This document shows, piece by piece, positions 54,541 to 64,000 of a stretch of 64,000 nt of DNA. The translations under genes were made by a program, and so were the position numbers. The stretch lies in sequence record OQ561750. One strand, given 5' to 3'. The notes beneath the pieces were generated by a model. It ran no database searches and was not told the origin of the DNA. It saw only the letters and a list, made by a program, of their open reading frames with translations. Source of the DNA: Escherichia phage LHE83. The stretch's first letter is position 1. Each line of letters starts with the position of its first letter.

Positions 54541-55563
54541 ATGAAAATATTAAACACAGGTGACTGGCACCTTGGAGTGAAGGCCGATGATGTGTGGGTA
54601 CAAAATATCCAACGTCAAGGTATCCAAGACGCTATTAATTATTCTAAAGCAAATGGCATTACTGTATGGATTCAATACGGTGATATCTTTGACGTTCGTA
54701 AAGCAATTACCCATAAGTGTATGGAATTCGCTCGCGAAATCTCCGATTTGCTTAAAGCCAACGGCATTACCATGTATACGGTCGTTGGTAACCATGATAT
54801 GCACTACAAAAACACATTGACTCCGAACGCTGCTTCTGAAGTTCTGGGTAAATACGACCATATCAAGGTTATTGAGAAACCTACTACGGTTAATTTTGAT
54901 GGTACAGAAATTGATTTGATTCCATGGATGTGTGAAGAAAACACGACCGATATCATGGACCATATCAAAAATACTACTGCCGATTTCTGTATTGGCCACT
55001 GGGAATTAAATGGTTTCTATTTCTATAAAGGAATGAAATCACATGGTTTAGAACCTGATTTCCTTAAGAAGTATAAGCAAGTATGGTCTGGTCACTTCCA
55101 CACCATTTCTGATGCAGCAAACGTCAAGTATATTGGTACGCCATGGACCCTGACTGCAGGTGATGAGAACGACCCTCGCGGCTTCTGGATTTTCGATACA
55201 GAAACCCATAAGATGGATTTCATCATCAATGAAACCTGTTGGCACCGTAAGATTCATTATCCAAATGCGACTATCGATTACAAAGATTTTACAAATATCG
55301 CAGTTCGTGTTATAGTCGATAAAATTGATGACGGCCTTACTAAGTTTGAATCAGAGCTTGAAAAGGTCGTCCATTCTTTACGTATTGTGTCTAAGGTAGA
55401 TAACAGTGTTGATATCGATGATTCTGAAGAGGAAGATGAAGTCAAGTCCCTCTTGGATATGATGTATGATTATATCGATGCTCTTCCTGATGGCCACACT
55501 GAAGACGATGTTAAAGCCCTTAAGACTATGGCTGCACAACTTTATAATGAGGTTACACGATGA
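54541..55563 (+). CDS. 47: Recombination endonuclease subunit gp47 (Mre11-like)
   Basis: 340 aa from internal ATG (T4 gp47 339 aa); phosphoesterase motifs LNTGDWHLG, GDIFD, GNHD. Confidence 0.85.
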   Translation: MKILNTGDWHLGVKADDVWVQNIQRQGIQDAINYSKANGITVWIQYGDIFDVRKAITHKCMEFAREISDLLKANGITMYTVVGNHDMHYKNTLTPNAASEVLGKYDHIKVIEKPTTVNFDGTEIDLIPWMCEENTTDIMDHIKNTTADFCIGHWELNGFYFYKGMKSHGLEPDFLKKYKQVWSGHFHTISDAANVKYIGTPWTLTAGDENDPRGFWIFDTETHKMDFIINETCWHRKIHYPNATIDYKDFTNIAVRVIVDKIDDGLTKFESELEKVVHSLRIVSKVDNSVDIDDSEEEDEVKSLLDMMYDYIDALPDGHTEDDVKALKTMAAQLYNEVTR

Positions 55564-55823
55564 CTTTAGATGAATTCAAAAAATCAGGACTTGAACTGGA
55601 GCATGACTGCACAGTTATTGATGACGATAACCAAACGAATATCATTAAGTTCTGGTTTGAAGCCGTGAGCACTCGCGATACCAACGAGCTTATTAAAGTT
55701 TATGTTGCTACTGATTGGGCTGTGGAATTTAGCTTTAATGTAATGGTAGATGATACTCCAGAAACATTAATTCATATGGCTGAATCATGCATCAAGGATG
55801 CTTATAACGATGAAGACTTTTAA
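55560..55823 (+). CDS. Hypothetical protein between 47 and 46 (T4 46.1-like position)
   Basis: 87 aa, ATGA overlap with gp47 stop. Confidence 0.4.
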   Translation: MTLDEFKKSGLELEHDCTVIDDDNQTNIIKFWFEAVSTRDTNELIKVYVATDWAVEFSFNVMVDDTPETLIHMAESCIKDAYNDEDF

Positions 55824-57492
55824 GTTAAAGAAAGTAACGTATAAAAATATTATGTCGGTAGGCCAGCAACCTATTACAATCCAACTTGACAAGGTCCAAA
55901 AGACCTTAGTCACCGGTAAAAATGGTGCTGGGAAATCTACGTTCCTTGAAGCCGTTACATTTGCTCTGTTCGGTAAGCCTTTTCGTGATGTTAAGAAAGG
56001 GCAGTTGATTAACTCAAGTAATAAGAAAGACCTTTTGGTCGAACTGTGGATGGAATATGATGGCAAAGAATACTATATCAAGCGCGGGCAAAAACCCAAT
56101 ATTTTTGAAATCTCTTGTGGCGGTGAACGTCTTGATGAATCTGCCAGCAGTAAAGACTTCCAAGCAGAATTTGAACAGCTTATCGGAATGTCATATACCA
56201 GTTTCAAACAGATTGTCGTACTTGGTACAGCAGGGTATACCCCTTTCATGGGTTTGTCGACCCCTGCGCGCCGAAAGCTTGTGGAAGACCTCTTAGAGGT
56301 TTCTGTATTAGCGGATATGGACAAGTTGAACAAATCTTTGATTCGTGAGACTAATAGCCAAATCCAAGTAATCGACGTTAAACAGGATTCTATTATCCAG
56401 CAAATTAAAATTTATAATGACAACGAAGAACGTCAGCGTAAATTATCAGGTGAGAACGCAGCACGTCTACAAACAATGTACGATGAGCTCGTTAAAGAAG
56501 CCAGGACTGCGAAGGGCAATATAGAAAAACTGACTGATGAATTACTCAATGTCATCGTCGATGATGACCCTAGCAACTCTATGAGTGACCTGAGCAATAA
56601 AGGATTTGCAATCAAGAATGATATGGCAACCTTTACTAAGGTCGTGAAATTATACGAAACAGGCGGCAGCTGTCCTACGTGTATGCAAGGATTGGAAGAG
56701 CATGGAAACATCCTTACTAAAATTAAGGATAAGAACTTTGAGCTTCAAAAATCTTTGGATAAGATTAATGAGCAGTACCAAGAACTCAAGCTCATTAAGG
56801 ACCAAGTAACCGAACAACGTAATAAAGCGCTGGCTATTAAATCTCAGATAGCTACTCATAAGCAACAGGCCATTACTGCTGTAGAGAAAGCTAAAAAAGT
56901 TAAAGTATTAATTGACCAAGCAGCTGCTGAGTTCGTAAGTAATGCCGAAGAGATTGCCGCGCTTCAAGCAGAGCTTGATAAAATCGTCTCTACCAAATCG
57001 TCCTTGGTAATGGAAAAATACCATCGTGGAATTCTGACAGAAATGTTGAAGGATACAGGTATTAAAGGTTCCATTATTAAGAAATACATTCCTATCTTTA
57101 ATAAGCAGATAAATTCTTATTTGAAGATTATGGAAGCCGACTACGTCTTTACCCTAGACGAAGAATTCAATGAGACGATTAAATCACGTGGACGTGAAGA
57201 CTTTAGTTATGCTTCATTTTCACAGGGTGAGAAAGCACGTATTGATATCGCACTACTTTTTACATGGCGCGATATTGCTTCTAAGGTATCAGGTGTTAAT
57301 ATCAGCACGTTAATTCTTGATGAGGTATTTGACAGTGCTACTGACGCTGAAGGCGTTAAGACCATTGCAACCATCTTGAATAGCCTTGAGGATACGAACG
57401 TGTTCATTATCTCTCACCGAGACCATGACCCACAAGCTTATGGCCAACATCTTCAAATGAAGAAAGTTGGACGATTCACGGTGATGGAATGA
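55810..57492 (+). CDS. 46: Recombination endonuclease subunit gp46 (Rad50/SbcC-like ATPase)
   Basis: 560 aa from internal ATG (T4 gp46 560 aa); Walker A GKNGAGKST, long coiled coil with CPTC zinc hook, C-terminal signature/Walker B LILDEVFD. Confidence 0.85.
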   Translation: MKTFKLKKVTYKNIMSVGQQPITIQLDKVQKTLVTGKNGAGKSTFLEAVTFALFGKPFRDVKKGQLINSSNKKDLLVELWMEYDGKEYYIKRGQKPNIFEISCGGERLDESASSKDFQAEFEQLIGMSYTSFKQIVVLGTAGYTPFMGLSTPARRKLVEDLLEVSVLADMDKLNKSLIRETNSQIQVIDVKQDSIIQQIKIYNDNEERQRKLSGENAARLQTMYDELVKEARTAKGNIEKLTDELLNVIVDDDPSNSMSDLSNKGFAIKNDMATFTKVVKLYETGGSCPTCMQGLEEHGNILTKIKDKNFELQKSLDKINEQYQELKLIKDQVTEQRNKALAIKSQIATHKQQAITAVEKAKKVKVLIDQAAAEFVSNAEEIAALQAELDKIVSTKSSLVMEKYHRGILTEMLKDTGIKGSIIKKYIPIFNKQINSYLKIMEADYVFTLDEEFNETIKSRGREDFSYASFSQGEKARIDIALLFTWRDIASKVSGVNISTLILDEVFDSATDAEGVKTIATILNSLEDTNVFIISHRDHDPQAYGQHLQMKKVGRFTVME

Positions 57493-57680
57493 GTGATTTT
57501 ATAACAGGCCAGCATTTGTTGGCCGTTCCTGAACTAAAGCGGTATGTTTTAGTTAATAACTTCTCTGGAGACGAACATCTTGTTACTGAAGATTATCTCC
57601 GAAATGCTTTTAAGTCGGAGTATGATAGAATCATGTCGAACAGGAATCCTGCCTGGTTCGTTTATGAATACTTTGATTAA
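57489..57680 (+). CDS. Hypothetical small protein (T4 45.2-like position)
   Basis: 63 aa; ATGA overlap with gp46. Confidence 0.4.
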   Translation: MSDFITGQHLLAVPELKRYVLVNNFSGDEHLVTEDYLRNAFKSEYDRIMSNRNPAWFVYEYFD

Positions 57681-57740
57681 ATTAAGTGCTTTAAAATATT
57701 GATTTATAATACATCTACCAACCAAATGAGAGAAAATATT

Positions 57741-58154
57741 ATGTTTGCTAACGCTATTACTGTTAAAGATATCCAAGTTAAAACCATTCGTACTGATTCC
57801 AACCCACATAATCAAAACCGTATCCGTAAATCATGGGTACTGAATATTGATACCGACTCTGCACGTCGTCTGCAGTCTCTTCCACAAGAAACTAAGTTCA
57901 TGCTCTACGGTATCATTGATAACGACGTATCCGATAAGTGGGTAGAAATTATGCGTCGCCACTATAATGATTCACTGGCCGCAGGTGCTAAACTGGTTAT
58001 CGACCGTGATGGTTCTGAACGTCTCGAAGATGATTATTGTGTAGATTTTGACGAACAACTGCTTGAAGCTGGTGCTATTGTTGCTTCCCAGATTCCAGAG
58101 TATATTGAATCTCTGCCTGAATCCATTCGTAAACAAATGATCGTTATTGCTTAA
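57741..58154 (+). CDS. rpbA: RNA polymerase-binding protein RpbA-like (by position between 46 and 45)
   Basis: 137 aa from internal ATG with GAGAGAAAA SD; assignment by synteny only. Confidence 0.4.
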   Translation: MFANAITVKDIQVKTIRTDSNPHNQNRIRKSWVLNIDTDSARRLQSLPQETKFMLYGIIDNDVSDKWVEIMRRHYNDSLAAGAKLVIDRDGSERLEDDYCVDFDEQLLEAGAIVASQIPEYIESLPESIRKQMIVIA

Positions 58155-58182
58155 TTAATTTTTGACTTGATAAGGAAACATT

Positions 58183-58881
58183 ATGAAATTCTCTAAAGAA
58201 ACTCTGAACATTCTGAAAAACTTCTCCAGTATTAACCCAGGTATCATGCTTAAGCCTGGTAACACTATTCTAACTCGTTCAGTAACGGGTGCAAGTTATG
58301 GTGAAGCTACTGTAAATGACACCTTTGATATCGAAGCCGCAATCTACGACCTGAACGGCTTCTTAAGTATTCTGTCATTGGTATCTGAAAGTGCTGAAGT
58401 TTCGGTAAGTGAAGACCAAACCACTCTAATTATTAAAGACCAACGTTCAACTATTAAGTGGCCTATTGCCGACCCAAGCACAATTGCATTCCCAAGCAAA
58501 GCTATTCCATTCCCGGTGGCTGAAGTTATTTTTGACCTTAAAGCCGAAGATTACCAGCAGTTGATGCGTGTGTCCTCTGGACTGAGTATTGATACATTTG
58601 CTATTACTGTAGACAATGGTAAAATTGTAATCAATGGCTACAAACAAGTTGATGATAAGGACCTGGCCCGTCCATTGTATTCCTTAGTGGTTGCAGACCA
58701 TGATGGCCCTGAATTCAAATTCATTATCAACAAAACTAATATGAAAATGATGCCTGCCGATTACCATGTATTGTTATGGGCCCGTGGTGAAGGCCAGGAC
58801 GCTCGTTTCGCAGCCAAGTTTGAAGGTTCACAAGCTTCTTATGTATTGGCTATGGAAGCAGGCTCAAGCCACTCGTTCTAA
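58183..58881 (+). CDS. 45: DNA polymerase sliding clamp gp45
   Basis: 232 aa (T4 gp45 228 aa); LKNFSSINPGIMLK...VAIYDLNGFLSILSLV...QPGNYKLLLWA-type segments align with T4 gp45 throughout. Confidence 0.85.
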   Translation: MKFSKETLNILKNFSSINPGIMLKPGNTILTRSVTGASYGEATVNDTFDIEAAIYDLNGFLSILSLVSESAEVSVSEDQTTLIIKDQRSTIKWPIADPSTIAFPSKAIPFPVAEVIFDLKAEDYQQLMRVSSGLSIDTFAITVDNGKIVINGYKQVDDKDLARPLYSLVVADHDGPEFKFIINKTNMKMMPADYHVLLWARGEGQDARFAAKFEGSQASYVLAMEAGSSHSF

Positions 58882-58887
58882 AGCATA

Positions 58888-58916
58888 GGGAGGAAATTCC
58901 TCCCTTGGAGTATAAT
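58888..58916 (+). promoter_or_regulatory. Hairpin (GGGAGG-AAATT-CCTCCC) followed by -10-like TATAAT upstream of gene 44
   Basis: Perfect 6-bp stem and TGGAGTATAATG element; no GTTTAC -35, so possibly middle-type promoter or RNA processing/stability element. Confidence 0.35.
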
Positions 58917-58942
58917 GTAAAAACAAACCTGAGGAAATTAAT

Positions 58943-59902
58943 ATGCTTACAGTAAACAATAATGAATTCATGTGGGAACAGAAATATCGTCCAGGTACTT
59001 TATCTGAGTGTATTCTGCCTGCGCATGATAAAGAAACCCTCCAAGCCATTGTTAATAAGGGCCTAATCCCTAACATTATCCTAGTCTCTGCTTCACCAGG
59101 CACAGGTAAAACTACCGTAGCTAAAGCATTGTGTGCTGATACAAATTCAGACATGTTGTTTGTTAACGGTTCTGACTGCCGTATTGATTTCGTTCGTAAT
59201 GAACTTACTCGTTTTGCATCTTCCAAATCTATCGAAGGTAAGCGTAAGGTAATTGTTATCGACGAATTCGACCGCGCCGGTGTTGCTGAAGCTCAACGTC
59301 ACCTTCGTTCGTTCTTAGAAGCCTATTCCTCAAACTGTTCTGTAATTATTACAGCAAACAATATTGATGGTATTATCGGCCCACTTCAATCCCGTTGTCG
59401 TGTTATTAAATTTGGTGAAGCCACTCCAGCTGACCAAACATCCATGATGAAAGAAATGATTCATCGTGCTGTAGCGATCTGTAAAAACGAAAATATCGAA
59501 GTCGAAGACCTTAAAGTTATTGCTGCTTTAGTTAAACAAAACTTTCCTGACTTCCGTAAAACAGTTAACCAACTGGACCGTTACTCATCCAGTGGTAAAA
59601 TCGATACAGGCATTTTGAGTATTGTAATGAATACCAATTCGCCTATCGATGAAGTAGTGGCTGCACTTAAAGATAAAAACTTTAAAGAACTCCGTGCATT
59701 AGCTCCACGTCATGTCAACGATTATTCCAACTTTATTATGTCGCTGGCTAACGAACTCTATGGTAAATTGCCTGGGCCAAGCATTGTTAGAATGTACGAA
59801 ATTGTCGGTGAAAATAACCAATACCACGGTATTGCGGCTAACCCAGAAATTCACATGACTTATCTGTTCATCCAACTTGCTCTGGAGCTCCAATGGCTAT
59901 AA
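58943..59902 (+). CDS. 44: Clamp loader large subunit gp44
   Basis: 319 aa (same as T4 gp44); Walker A SPGTGKTT, Walker B VIDEFD, sensor SRC. Confidence 0.85.
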   Translation: MLTVNNNEFMWEQKYRPGTLSECILPAHDKETLQAIVNKGLIPNIILVSASPGTGKTTVAKALCADTNSDMLFVNGSDCRIDFVRNELTRFASSKSIEGKRKVIVIDEFDRAGVAEAQRHLRSFLEAYSSNCSVIITANNIDGIIGPLQSRCRVIKFGEATPADQTSMMKEMIHRAVAICKNENIEVEDLKVIAALVKQNFPDFRKTVNQLDRYSSSGKIDTGILSIVMNTNSPIDEVVAALKDKNFKELRALAPRHVNDYSNFIMSLANELYGKLPGPSIVRMYEIVGENNQYHGIAANPEIHMTYLFIQLALELQWL

Positions 59903-60465
59903 GTCTTTTTGATGATGACGTTGAACTGAACGAACATGAAGTTGCTTGGAAATCACGTAACGACGCTGCAATTCAAGCCTTGGCCGATTCATTTAAAGAA
60001 AAGGCTGAAAACGAACTGTTCGCCATTATGAACGATATCACATATGGTAAGAACCAACGTAACTTGGCTCAGTCGGAAAACTACAATCAATTTTGGCTCG
60101 ATAATAGTTTGAGCCAACATGTGGATTGTATTATGCAGGCTGCAATGGTTAACTGTCTGAAACTTGATGACCAAAGTCATTTCAACTATCTTTTACACGC
60201 TGTTCCTAAGGGTAAGAGGTTTGGTAAATGGGCTAAGGCCCATGATGATGAAGTTAGTGTAGTTTTTATTACTCGTTTATTGATGAAATACCATTCAATT
60301 AATAATGATGACGCTTATCGTTATCTCGAGACTTATAAAATTAAAGGCCATCTTCCGGCAGTGCTTAAGAAGATGAAAGGGTTGGTTACGGACGAATTCC
60401 TGAAATCCGTAACTAAAAATGTTAAAGAACAAAAAGACTTGAAAAAGAAAGCATTGGAATGGTAA
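59893..60465 (+). CDS. 62: Clamp loader small subunit gp62
   Basis: 190 aa (T4 gp62 187 aa); overlaps gp44 end; synteny. Confidence 0.7.
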   Translation: MAISLFDDDVELNEHEVAWKSRNDAAIQALADSFKEKAENELFAIMNDITYGKNQRNLAQSENYNQFWLDNSLSQHVDCIMQAAMVNCLKLDDQSHFNYLLHAVPKGKRFGKWAKAHDDEVSVVFITRLLMKYHSINNDDAYRYLETYKIKGHLPAVLKKMKGLVTDEFLKSVTKNVKEQKDLKKKALEW

Positions 60466-60471
60466 ATTAAA

Positions 60472-60834
60472 ATGATTGAAATTACTCTGAAACAACCTGA
60501 AGACTTCTTGAAAGTTAAAGAGACCCTAACTCGTATGGGTATCGCTAATAATAAAGAAAAGAAACTATATCAATCCTGTCACATTCTGCAAAAGCAAGGG
60601 CTATACTATATCGTCCACTTTAAAGAGATGTTGCGTATGGATGGCCGCCAAGTTGATATCGATGGTGAAGACTATCAACGTCGAGATTCAATTGCCCAGC
60701 TTCTTAAGGAGTGGGGACTGATTGATATCGTAGACGACTCTGAGCTGTTCGAAATCACTAATAATTTCCGTGTCATTTCCTTTAAGCAGAAAAATGACTG
60801 GGAACTACTGTCTAAGTATACCATCGGTAATTAA
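60472..60834 (+). CDS. regA: Translational repressor RegA
   Basis: 120 aa; MIEITLKQPEDFLKVKETLTRMGIANNKEKKLYQSCHILQKQGLYYIVHFKEMLRMDGRQV nearly identical pattern to T4 RegA. Confidence 0.85.
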   Translation: MIEITLKQPEDFLKVKETLTRMGIANNKEKKLYQSCHILQKQGLYYIVHFKEMLRMDGRQVDIDGEDYQRRDSIAQLLKEWGLIDIVDDSELFEITNNFRVISFKQKNDWELLSKYTIGN

Positions 60835-60835
60835 T

Positions 60836-61051
60836 ATGATTCTTGAAATTGAAATGTGTGAACGTCTTAAAGAGGTATACGGACTTTCCCCAACTCAAAC
60901 TGTTTTTGACCTTTCCGAAGAGCTCCAAATAGAATTTCAAAAAGAACTCCATAAGTTGCTACATCCGGGTCAGAAAGTCTTCCAGGCTATGATTAAAACT
61001 AAAGACGAAGATGGTAATTCAACCATTAAACGTCAAACAATAGAAATTTAA
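60836..61051 (+). CDS. Hypothetical protein (71 aa) between regA and 43
   Basis: Internal ATG 1 nt after regA stop. Confidence 0.4.
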   Translation: MILEIEMCERLKEVYGLSPTQTVFDLSEELQIEFQKELHKLLHPGQKVFQAMIKTKDEDGNSTIKRQTIEI

Positions 61052-61056
61052 GCAAA

Positions 61057-61075
61057 GGGACTTCGGTCCCTTTTT
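61057..61075 (+). terminator. Hairpin terminator (GGGAC-TTCG-GTCCC + T5) followed by TATAAT
   Basis: Stem-loop plus T-run directly after stop; -10-like TATAAT at 61080-61085. Confidence 0.5.
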
Positions 61076-61133
61076 GGAGTATAATGATTCATCAACAAAC
61101 AAAAGACAATCACTCGTCTATAAAGGAAATGAA

Positions 61134-63845
61134 ATGCAAGAATTCTATTTGACAGTCGAACAAATCGGTGATAATATTCTCGAACGTTACATCGATAAAA
61201 ATGGTAACGAACGTAGTCGTGAAGTTCCATACAAGCCTACAATGTTTATGCATGCTAATCCAGAGCAAGCCGTAAAATACATTGATATCTATGGTAAGGG
61301 TTGTGTTAAGAAAGAATTCGATTCTATGCGTGATGCATCCCAATGGATGAAACGTATGGATGATATGGGTCTCGAAGCCCTGGGTATGGACGACTATAAA
61401 TTAGCCTATTTGTCTGATACCTATCGTAAAGAAATCAAATATGATTCTTCTAAGATTCGTATTGCTAACTTCGACATCGAGGTAACATCTCCTGATGGAT
61501 TCCCTGAACCAGCTCAGGCTAAACATCCTATCGATGCCATTACCCACTACGACTCGATTGACGATAAATTCTATGTATTCGACCTTTTAGTTTCGCCTTA
61601 TGGTACTGTCGAAGAGTGGTCGATTAAAATCGCTGAGAAACTCCAAGACGAAGGCGGTGACGAAGTTCCACAAGAAATCATTGACAAAATCGTTTATCTT
61701 CCGTTTAATTCTGAAGAAGAAATGATGCTTGAGTACTTGAATTTCTGGCAACAGAAAACTCCTGTGATTTTGACTGGATGGAACGTTGAGTCGTTTGACG
61801 TACCATACGTTTATAACCGTCTGAAAAATCTGTTCGGTGAGAACACTGCTAAGCGATTAAGCCCACATCGTAAAACTCGTGTTAAAGTTATCGAGAACAT
61901 GTACGGTGCTCGTGAAATCATTACATTGTTCGGTATCTCTGTTCTGGATTATATCGACCTGTATAAAAAATTCAGCTTTACCAACCAGCCTTCTTATTCT
62001 CTGGATTATGTTTCTGAATATGAATTGAAAGTAGGTAAGTTGAAATATGATGGCCCAATCTCCAAGTTACGTGAGACGAACCACCAACGATATATTTCCT
62101 ATAACATTATCGACGTATATCGTGTAGTGCAGATTGATATGAAGCGTCAGTTCATTCTTCTGAGTTTGGACATGGGTTATTATGCCAAGATGCAGATTCA
62201 GTCGGTGTTCAGCCCAATTAAGACTTGGGACGCTATTATCTTTAATAGCCTTAAAGAACAAGGCAAGGTAATTCCACAAGCTCGCTCACACGTGGTCCAA
62301 CCTTATCCTGGTGCTTTCGTTAAGGAACCGATTCCTAACGCTTACAAATATGTAATGAGTTTCGACCTTACATCTCTGTACCCGAGTATCATTCGACAAG
62401 TGAATATAAGCCCAGAGACCATCGCAGGGACATTCGCTAACGCACCGATACATGAATATATTGCCGGAACTGCTCAGCGTCCTAGCGACACCTACAGTTG
62501 CTCTCCTAACGGCATGATGTACTATAAAGACCGTGAAGGTGTGATTCCGACAGAAATCACCAAGGTATTCTTGCAGCGTAAAGAACATAAAGGTTACATG
62601 CTTGCAGCTCAACGTAATGGTGAGTTAATTAAAGAAGCATTGGAAAATCCTAATCTCTCAGTTGATAGTCCACTGGATATCGATTATCGTTTTGACTTCT
62701 CTGACGAAATCAAAGCCCAGATTAAAGCACTGTCAGCGCCTTCTTTAAGAGAAATGTTGAAGAAAGCCGAGCTCACTGAAGTTGCAGGTAACACTGCTCA
62801 GATTAACCGTAAGTTGCTTATCAACTCCCTTTATGGTGCACTTGGTAACGTATGGTTCCGTTACTATGACCTCAGGAACGCAACTGCAATCACATTGTTT
62901 GGTCAAATGGCCCTCCAATGGATTGAACGTAAGGTTAACGAATATCTGAATAGCGTGTGTAAGACTGAAAACCAGAAGTTCGTGCTCTACGGTGATACTG
63001 ACTCCATTTATGTTAAGGCAGATGCAATCATCAATAAAGTAGGCGAAGATAAATTCCGTGATACTAACCACTGGGTCGACTTCTTAGATAAATTTGCACG
63101 TGAACGTATGGAACCAGCTATTGATGCAGGCTTCCGTGAGATGTGCGAATACATGAACAACAAACAACACTTGATGTTCATGGACCGAGAAGCTATCGCA
63201 GGTCCTCCACTTGGTTCTAAAGGCCTTGGTGGATTCTGGACAGGCAAGAAACGTTATGCACTTAACGTTTGGGACATGGAAGGTACTCGTTATGCTGAAC
63301 CACACTTGAAAATCATGGGTCTCGAAACTCAGAAATCAAGTACACCTAAAGCAGTTCAGAAAGCTCTGAAGGAATGTATCCGTCGTATGCTTCAGGAAGG
63401 CGAGGCATCTTTGCAAGAATATTTCAAACAGTTTAATAAGGAATTTAACGAACTCGATTATGTAAGCATTGCAGCAGTATCCAGTGCTAACAACATCGAG
63501 AAATATAATGAAGGTGGATTCCCGGGTTCTAAATGTCCATACCACATCAAAGGTTGCTTAGCTTACATGCGTGCTTCTGCAGGTGATTTGACTATGCCTC
63601 GTATCGTTGATGGTGAAAAGGTATATGTACTGCCACTTAAAGAAGGCAACCCGTTTGGTGAAGCTTGTATGGCATGGCCGTCAGGTATTGAACTTCCGGT
63701 TCAGATTCGTGACCAAGTCCTCCGTTGGATGGACTACAACGTACTGTTCCAAAAGACCTTTATCAAACCTCTGACCGGTTTTACTGAGTCTGCTAAAATC
63801 GACTACGAGAAAAAAGCAACATTATTTGATATGTTCGACTTTTAA
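61134..63845 (+). CDS. 43: DNA polymerase gp43 (family B)
   Basis: 903 aa from internal ATG with AAGGAAA SD; N-terminus MQEFYLTVEQIGDNILERYID; exo motif NFDIEV; polymerase motifs DLTSLYPSI and LYGDTDSIYV; colinear with T4 gp43. Confidence 0.9.
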   Translation: MQEFYLTVEQIGDNILERYIDKNGNERSREVPYKPTMFMHANPEQAVKYIDIYGKGCVKKEFDSMRDASQWMKRMDDMGLEALGMDDYKLAYLSDTYRKEIKYDSSKIRIANFDIEVTSPDGFPEPAQAKHPIDAITHYDSIDDKFYVFDLLVSPYGTVEEWSIKIAEKLQDEGGDEVPQEIIDKIVYLPFNSEEEMMLEYLNFWQQKTPVILTGWNVESFDVPYVYNRLKNLFGENTAKRLSPHRKTRVKVIENMYGAREIITLFGISVLDYIDLYKKFSFTNQPSYSLDYVSEYELKVGKLKYDGPISKLRETNHQRYISYNIIDVYRVVQIDMKRQFILLSLDMGYYAKMQIQSVFSPIKTWDAIIFNSLKEQGKVIPQARSHVVQPYPGAFVKEPIPNAYKYVMSFDLTSLYPSIIRQVNISPETIAGTFANAPIHEYIAGTAQRPSDTYSCSPNGMMYYKDREGVIPTEITKVFLQRKEHKGYMLAAQRNGELIKEALENPNLSVDSPLDIDYRFDFSDEIKAQIKALSAPSLREMLKKAELTEVAGNTAQINRKLLINSLYGALGNVWFRYYDLRNATAITLFGQMALQWIERKVNEYLNSVCKTENQKFVLYGDTDSIYVKADAIINKVGEDKFRDTNHWVDFLDKFARERMEPAIDAGFREMCEYMNNKQHLMFMDREAIAGPPLGSKGLGGFWTGKKRYALNVWDMEGTRYAEPHLKIMGLETQKSSTPKAVQKALKECIRRMLQEGEASLQEYFKQFNKEFNELDYVSIAAVSSANNIEKYNEGGFPGSKCPYHIKGCLAYMRASAGDLTMPRIVDGEKVYVLPLKEGNPFGEACMAWPSGIELPVQIRDQVLRWMDYNVLFQKTFIKPLTGFTESAKIDYEKKATLFDMFDF

Positions 63846-63847
63846 GT

Positions 63848-63877
63848 GTTTACATACCACAAGGAACGTGGTAGTAT
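63848..63877 (+). promoter_or_regulatory. Early promoter (GTTTAC-N18-TAGTAT) within inverted repeat CCACAAGGAACGTGG
   Basis: Hexamers seen upstream of ATG 63908. Confidence 0.45.
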
Positions 63878-63907
63878 CCTTCCTATCAACTACATGAGGA
63901 AATTACA

Positions 63908-64000
63908 ATGGAAGCTTTAATCGTTAGTGCTGGTGTTTTAGGATTCGGTTCTCTGGTTATTATGTTCATCGGTTACTTTTTACCATGGATTCTGGCTCTT
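63908..64000 (+). CDS. Small membrane protein, 5-prime part only (runs off window); position of T4 imm
   Basis: ATG after GAGGAAA SD; N-terminus MEALIVSAGVLGFGSLVIMFIGYFLPWILAL is a TM helix; imm assignment by synteny only. Confidence 0.4.
   Translation, partial: MEALIVSAGVLGFGSLVIMFIGYFLPWILAL

Noticed and set aside
58888-61085. Calling the TGGAGTATAAT elements at 58906-58916 and 61075-61085 definite promoters
   Set aside because: They have a -10-like hexamer but no GTTTAC -35 or clear MotA box; recorded only as low-confidence regulatory hairpins

Overview
This window is a T4-like (Tevenvirinae-type) myophage segment, syntenic with T4 from gene 43 to wac but clearly diverged in sequence. 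Minus strand, 1-16545: the late baseplate and tail-fibre operon in T4 order 53, 5, 6, 7, 8, 9, 10, 11, 12, wac (wac runs off the window start), with one unexpected 695-aa ORF between gp5 and gp6. Plus strand, 16591-64000: gp4, gp2, gp3, gp1, 57A, 57B, an ipI-type locus, a small tRNA cluster interrupted by a segB-like GIY-YIG gene, nudE, e, ipIII/ipII-like genes, denV, regB, tk, nrdC, 49, 55, then the replication block 47, 46, 45, 44, 62, regA, 43. Between these anchors lie about 70 small early ORFs of unknown function, punctuated by repeated GTTTAC-type early promoters, TATAAATA late promoters and hairpin/T-run terminators. No CRISPR array, integrase or rRNA was seen. The most notable items are the 695-aa baseplate-operon ORF where T4 has 5.1-5.4, a tandem array of four small paralogs with a conserved C-terminal Cys tail, a macro-domain protein, a Pol-beta-type nucleotidyltransferase, five internal-protein-like genes, and promoter/hairpin cassettes that look like recombination modules. 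All homology calls are from motif reading and synteny, not database searches; non-ORF coordinates may be off by 1-2 nt.
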